Positions 47,201-49,555 of a DNA stretch of 49,555 nucleotides are shown in pieces. Below the pieces are notes generated by a model. It ran no database searches. It saw only the letters and a list, made by a program, of their open reading frames with translations, and was not told the origin of the DNA. The DNA lies in the NCBI GenBank assembly GCA_046583315.1, contig JAYGCN010000296.1, positions 1 through 49,555 on the forward strand, in the 5' to 3' direction. How positions within the stretch are numbered: position 1 is the stretch's first letter; every line of letters begins with the position of its first letter. This DNA is from Candidatus Hydrogenedentota bacterium (GTDB lineage: Bacteria; Hydrogenedentota; Hydrogenedentia; Hydrogenedentales; GCA-2746185). Both the position numbers and the translations under genes were made by a program.

Positions 47201-47980
47201 TTAGGCTCCCGGTCCCAAGCCGTTAATGAGTGTGTCTACATTGCGGAACATGCCGACAAACATGCCGTCCAGATAGGCCAGGTAATAATCAATCGTTAAG
47301 GCCACGATGAGCAGCGCCGTCGCAATGGTAATCGGGAAACCTACGACAAACAGGTGTATCTGAGGGACCACGCGCCCCATCAGCCCCATCGTTACGTAGG
47401 CCAGCAACATTGCGGCCATGACCGGGGCAGCAATCATCAGCCCGTCATAAAACATCATCGTGCCCCAAGTCGACATATGCCCGATGAGATTGACGTCCGC
47501 CTCGAGTCCACCCAGGGGTATCGTTTCGAAAGTGGATGCCAAGGCCTTGATCATCAAGTGGTGTCCATTGGTTATCAATAAAAAAAGAACGGCGAGTATG
47601 AAATAGAAAAAACCAAAAATGGGAAACTGCGTTTCGAATGCGGGATTGAACACGTTCATCAGGCCGAAACCCGATTGCATATCCATCAGCTGACCCGCGA
47701 CCTGGATCGCCGAAAAAGTCAGGGTCATGACAAGTCCCATCACGAGCCCAATCGCCAACTCGCTCGCGCCCATTAAGCCGAACTCCAGCGCGTTGTCCGG
47801 CAATGGCGTATCAAGAACGGGTAAGGTAGGGGTCATCAAGAATGCGAACATGCCGATCAGACCAATTTTTCCTATCGCCGGAAAATTCGCCGACCCCAGG
47901 ATGGGCGCGGTCAAGATGAGACCCGAAAATCGAATCCCCACCAGCAAGAACACTTTCACTATTTCGACTTCAGCGATCAT
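47201..47980 (-). CDS. fliR: Flagellar export protein FliR
   Basis: Hydrophobic; ELAIGL, AGQLMDMQSGF, NGHH, RVVPQIHLFVVGFP; located between fliQ and flhB. Confidence 0.95.
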   Translation of the reverse strand: MIAEVEIVKVFLLVGIRFSGLILTAPILGSANFPAIGKIGLIGMFAFLMTPTLPVLDTPLPDNALEFGLMGASELAIGLVMGLVMTLTFSAIQVAGQLMDMQSGFGLMNVFNPAFETQFPIFGFFYFILAVLFLLITNGHHLMIKALASTFETIPLGGLEADVNLIGHMSTWGTMMFYDGLMIAAPVMAAMLLAYVTMGLMGRVVPQIHLFVVGFPITIATALLIVALTIDYYLAYLDGMFVGMFRNVDTLINGLGPGA

Positions 47981-48243
47981 ATCAGTGTATGCAGATTTCC
48001 GAACAAGGGTATAACGAAGCTGCTCATCGTGCTAATCATCCAGGGAAGAAACAGGATGAAGGCCAGCATGACCACGAATATCTTTGGCACGAAAGACAGC
48101 GTAATCTCCTGAATCTGGGTCACCGACTGCAAGACACTGATGGACAATCCGACCACCATTCCAGAAAGGAGCATCGGTGCAGCGAGTAAAAGTGTGACCC
48201 ACATGGCATCTCGACCAATAACGAGGACAGCGTCCATGTCCAT
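47977..48243 (-). CDS. fliQ: Flagellar export protein FliQ (start 48243 ATG or 48252 TTG)
   Basis: VGLSISVLQSVTQIQEITLSFVPKI..PWM; 4-nt overlap with fliR. Confidence 0.95.
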   Translation of the reverse strand: MDMDAVLVIGRDAMWVTLLLAAPMLLSGMVVGLSISVLQSVTQIQEITLSFVPKIFVVMLAFILFLPWMISTMSSFVIPLFGNLHTLI

Positions 48244-48284
48244 AGCAAGCAAATCCTTTGTGTTAAATACTTTAGGGCATCTTT

Positions 48285-48314
48285 AGTATCGTAAATTAGG
48301 AAGGATCTTGTCAA
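48285..48314 (-). promoter_or_regulatory. sigma70-type promoter for the fliQ operon
   Basis: Minus strand TTGACA-N18-GATACT, about 40 nt upstream of fliQ. Confidence 0.6.
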
Positions 48315-48329
48315 GGGTAGATAGTTGTC

Positions 48330-48362
48330 ATTTTCATAAAAAAGGCACAATTTTATGAAAAT
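48330..48362. promoter_or_regulatory. Operator-like 12-bp inverted repeat
   Basis: ATTTTCATAAAA-N9-TTTTATGAAAAT, just upstream of the -35 box. Confidence 0.6.
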
Positions 48363-48409
48363 AGTGCGTGTTTGCATGTAAATTACCCTGTTCGTCGTGA
48401 TTTCATAAC

Positions 48410-48442
48410 AAAAAGACCCGCCGAAACGAATCAGCGGGCCTT
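48410..48442 (-). terminator. Rho-independent terminator of the CFI-box-CTERM gene
   Basis: Minus strand AGGCCCGCTGA-TTCGTT-TCGGCGGGTCT followed by a T-run. Confidence 0.8.
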
Positions 48443-48476
48443 AATATTAATGATTCTGAATCAGTCAGAGTGAGTA

Positions 48477-49555
48477 TTACAAACTACGTGCCTGTCTCCG
48501 GTTCAAGTATAGTGCTGCAGCGGCACCGAAAACGAGGAATCCAGCCAGGGCCCCGGTTGCGTTAATGATCTTTGCCATCAGAATGACAGGCACGAGGATT
48601 GTTCGGGTCAAAGCGCGCAAGGCAGATTGTTCGGCAATCACATCAGCGATGCCCGGACTCAAGCGGTAATAGGAATCGACGAAGGCCATGCCCAATGCGC
48701 CATCCAAAAGATGCTCGTCGCGTAAGGTGCGCAACACGTCTATTTCCTGCGCCATGGGTGTACCATAGGCCGCGGTCGCAATCAGGCAACCCCCGCCTCC
48801 GCCACCGCCACCGCCTACGTTTTCAGTTGGAAGCGTCCGGTCAAAGGCAATACCGTAAATGGCACCACGCACATCCTCGGTCAGAAGGATGGAAGTTCTA
48901 ATGCCGTCCGATACCGGGTCCGTAACGGTATTTACGCGGGACCAACCGAAACCATCACCGACAACATGAATGTTGGAAGGTGTGGCGGTACTTTGGCGAG
49001 TTTGTGTTGTATAACGATACACGTCGATGTTGGGAATGCCATCGTCGTCGGTGTCTACCGCATCATTAAGGGCAACGCTACTAATCTTGATAAAAAGCGG
49101 TGTATTTTGTTGGAGATTAAGTTCTACCCATTGCCCAGGATCAACTTCCAACAAAACTGAAATATGGATGAACGATGTTGGAACGGTCTCACCCGGGAAA
49201 TCAGCGAACCACTCCGACAGGATATCAACCTGAGGAAGAATGTTTGGGTCTCCGTCTGGCTGGCCGACGAAGTTGTCGACGATAAAGAGCGGATTGCCCT
49301 CGCCGCGTACGACGAGTACTGCGTTCTGGGCGCTTTCAATCCCCGGGATCCAGGTTCTGAACCAGGCCAGATTGGGTGCCGAAATGATAAGATCGTAGAA
49401 TTCAAAATTGGCAACCATCTGTGTGTTCACGATCATGTATTTTGCGTCTTGGCCCTCGTTCAAACTTTGAACAAGTCGCCCGACGATATACGCACTGGCA
49501 TAGTCGGTATCCAGTGGATTGTTCGGGTCATCGGGATCGGGTGTTACGAAGGAGG
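48477..49555 (-). CDS. CFI-box-CTERM domain surface protein, 5'-truncated by the window edge
   Basis: The frame is open to the window end (..SFVTPDPDDPNNPLDTDY..). C-terminus: G10-CLIATAAYGTPMAQEIDVLRTLRDEHLL..G.AFVDSYYRLSP, then a TM helix and basic tail. Confidence 0.85.
   Translation of the reverse strand, partial: SFVTPDPDDPNNPLDTDYASAYIVGRLVQSLNEGQDAKYMIVNTQMVANFEFYDLIISAPNLAWFRTWIPGIESAQNAVLVVRGEGNPLFIVDNFVGQPDGDPNILPQVDILSEWFADFPGETVPTSFIHISVLLEVDPGQWVELNLQQNTPLFIKISSVALNDAVDTDDDGIPNIDVYRYTTQTRQSTATPSNIHVVGDGFGWSRVNTVTDPVSDGIRTSILLTEDVRGAIYGIAFDRTLPTENVGGGGGGGGGCLIATAAYGTPMAQEIDVLRTLRDEHLLDGALGMAFVDSYYRLSPGIADVIAEQSALRALTRTILVPVILMAKIINATGALAGFLVFGAAAALYLNRRQARSL

Noticed and set aside
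41632..48243. Injectisome-type T3SS interpretation of the export genes
   Set aside because: flhF and flhG in the operon identify it as flagellar.
1..49555. CRISPR arrays, tRNA/rRNA, transposases, integrases, prophage or defence genes
   Set aside because: No repeat-spacer pattern, cloverleaf or such protein motifs were seen by eye; intergenic regions are short. A covariance-model scan was not possible.

Overview
A gene-dense, GC-rich bacterial chromosomal window with about 36 CDS. I saw no rRNA, tRNA, CRISPR array or transposase. The gene content (DUF1501/DUF1553 pair, several sulfatase-fold proteins, Tat-exported Gfo/Idh/MocA, CFI-box-CTERM, flagella) suggests a diderm organism of the PVC or Hydrogenedentota type; this is inference only. 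From left to right: (1) a DUF1501 gene plus a DUF2231-cytochrome c-DUF1549/DUF1553 gene, the latter missing from the ORF track and truncated by the window edge; (2) an envelope-glycosylation block (FG-GAP lipoprotein, two Thr-type sulfatase-like proteins with one frameshifted, YfhO-like GT-C, GT2-methyltransferase fusion); (3) an oxidative block (Tat-signalled carotenoid cleavage oxygenase, heme c/PHM-like copper monooxygenase, SDR, BVMO, quinohemoprotein ADH, serine racemase-like enzyme, reductase, methyltransferase, FAD oxidase, acyl-CoA ligase); (4) a Cys-type sulfatase facing a GH88-eda-Gfo-isomerase-SDR operon; (5) a second heme c/copper monooxygenase plus DUF2911 behind a sigma54/IHF promoter; (6) MATE, cysS, ybaN and Gfo; (7) fliQ-fliR-flhB-flhA-flhF-flhG without fliP; (8) the 3' end of a CFI-box-CTERM protein. 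The best novelty candidates are the two paralogous secreted heme c-fused PHM/DBH-like copper monooxygenases with shared upstream motifs, the membrane-anchored DUF2231-cyt c-DUF1549/1553 protein with its DUF1501 partner, and the Tat-exported carotenoid oxygenase. All domain assignments come from motif recognition by eye; no database search was run.
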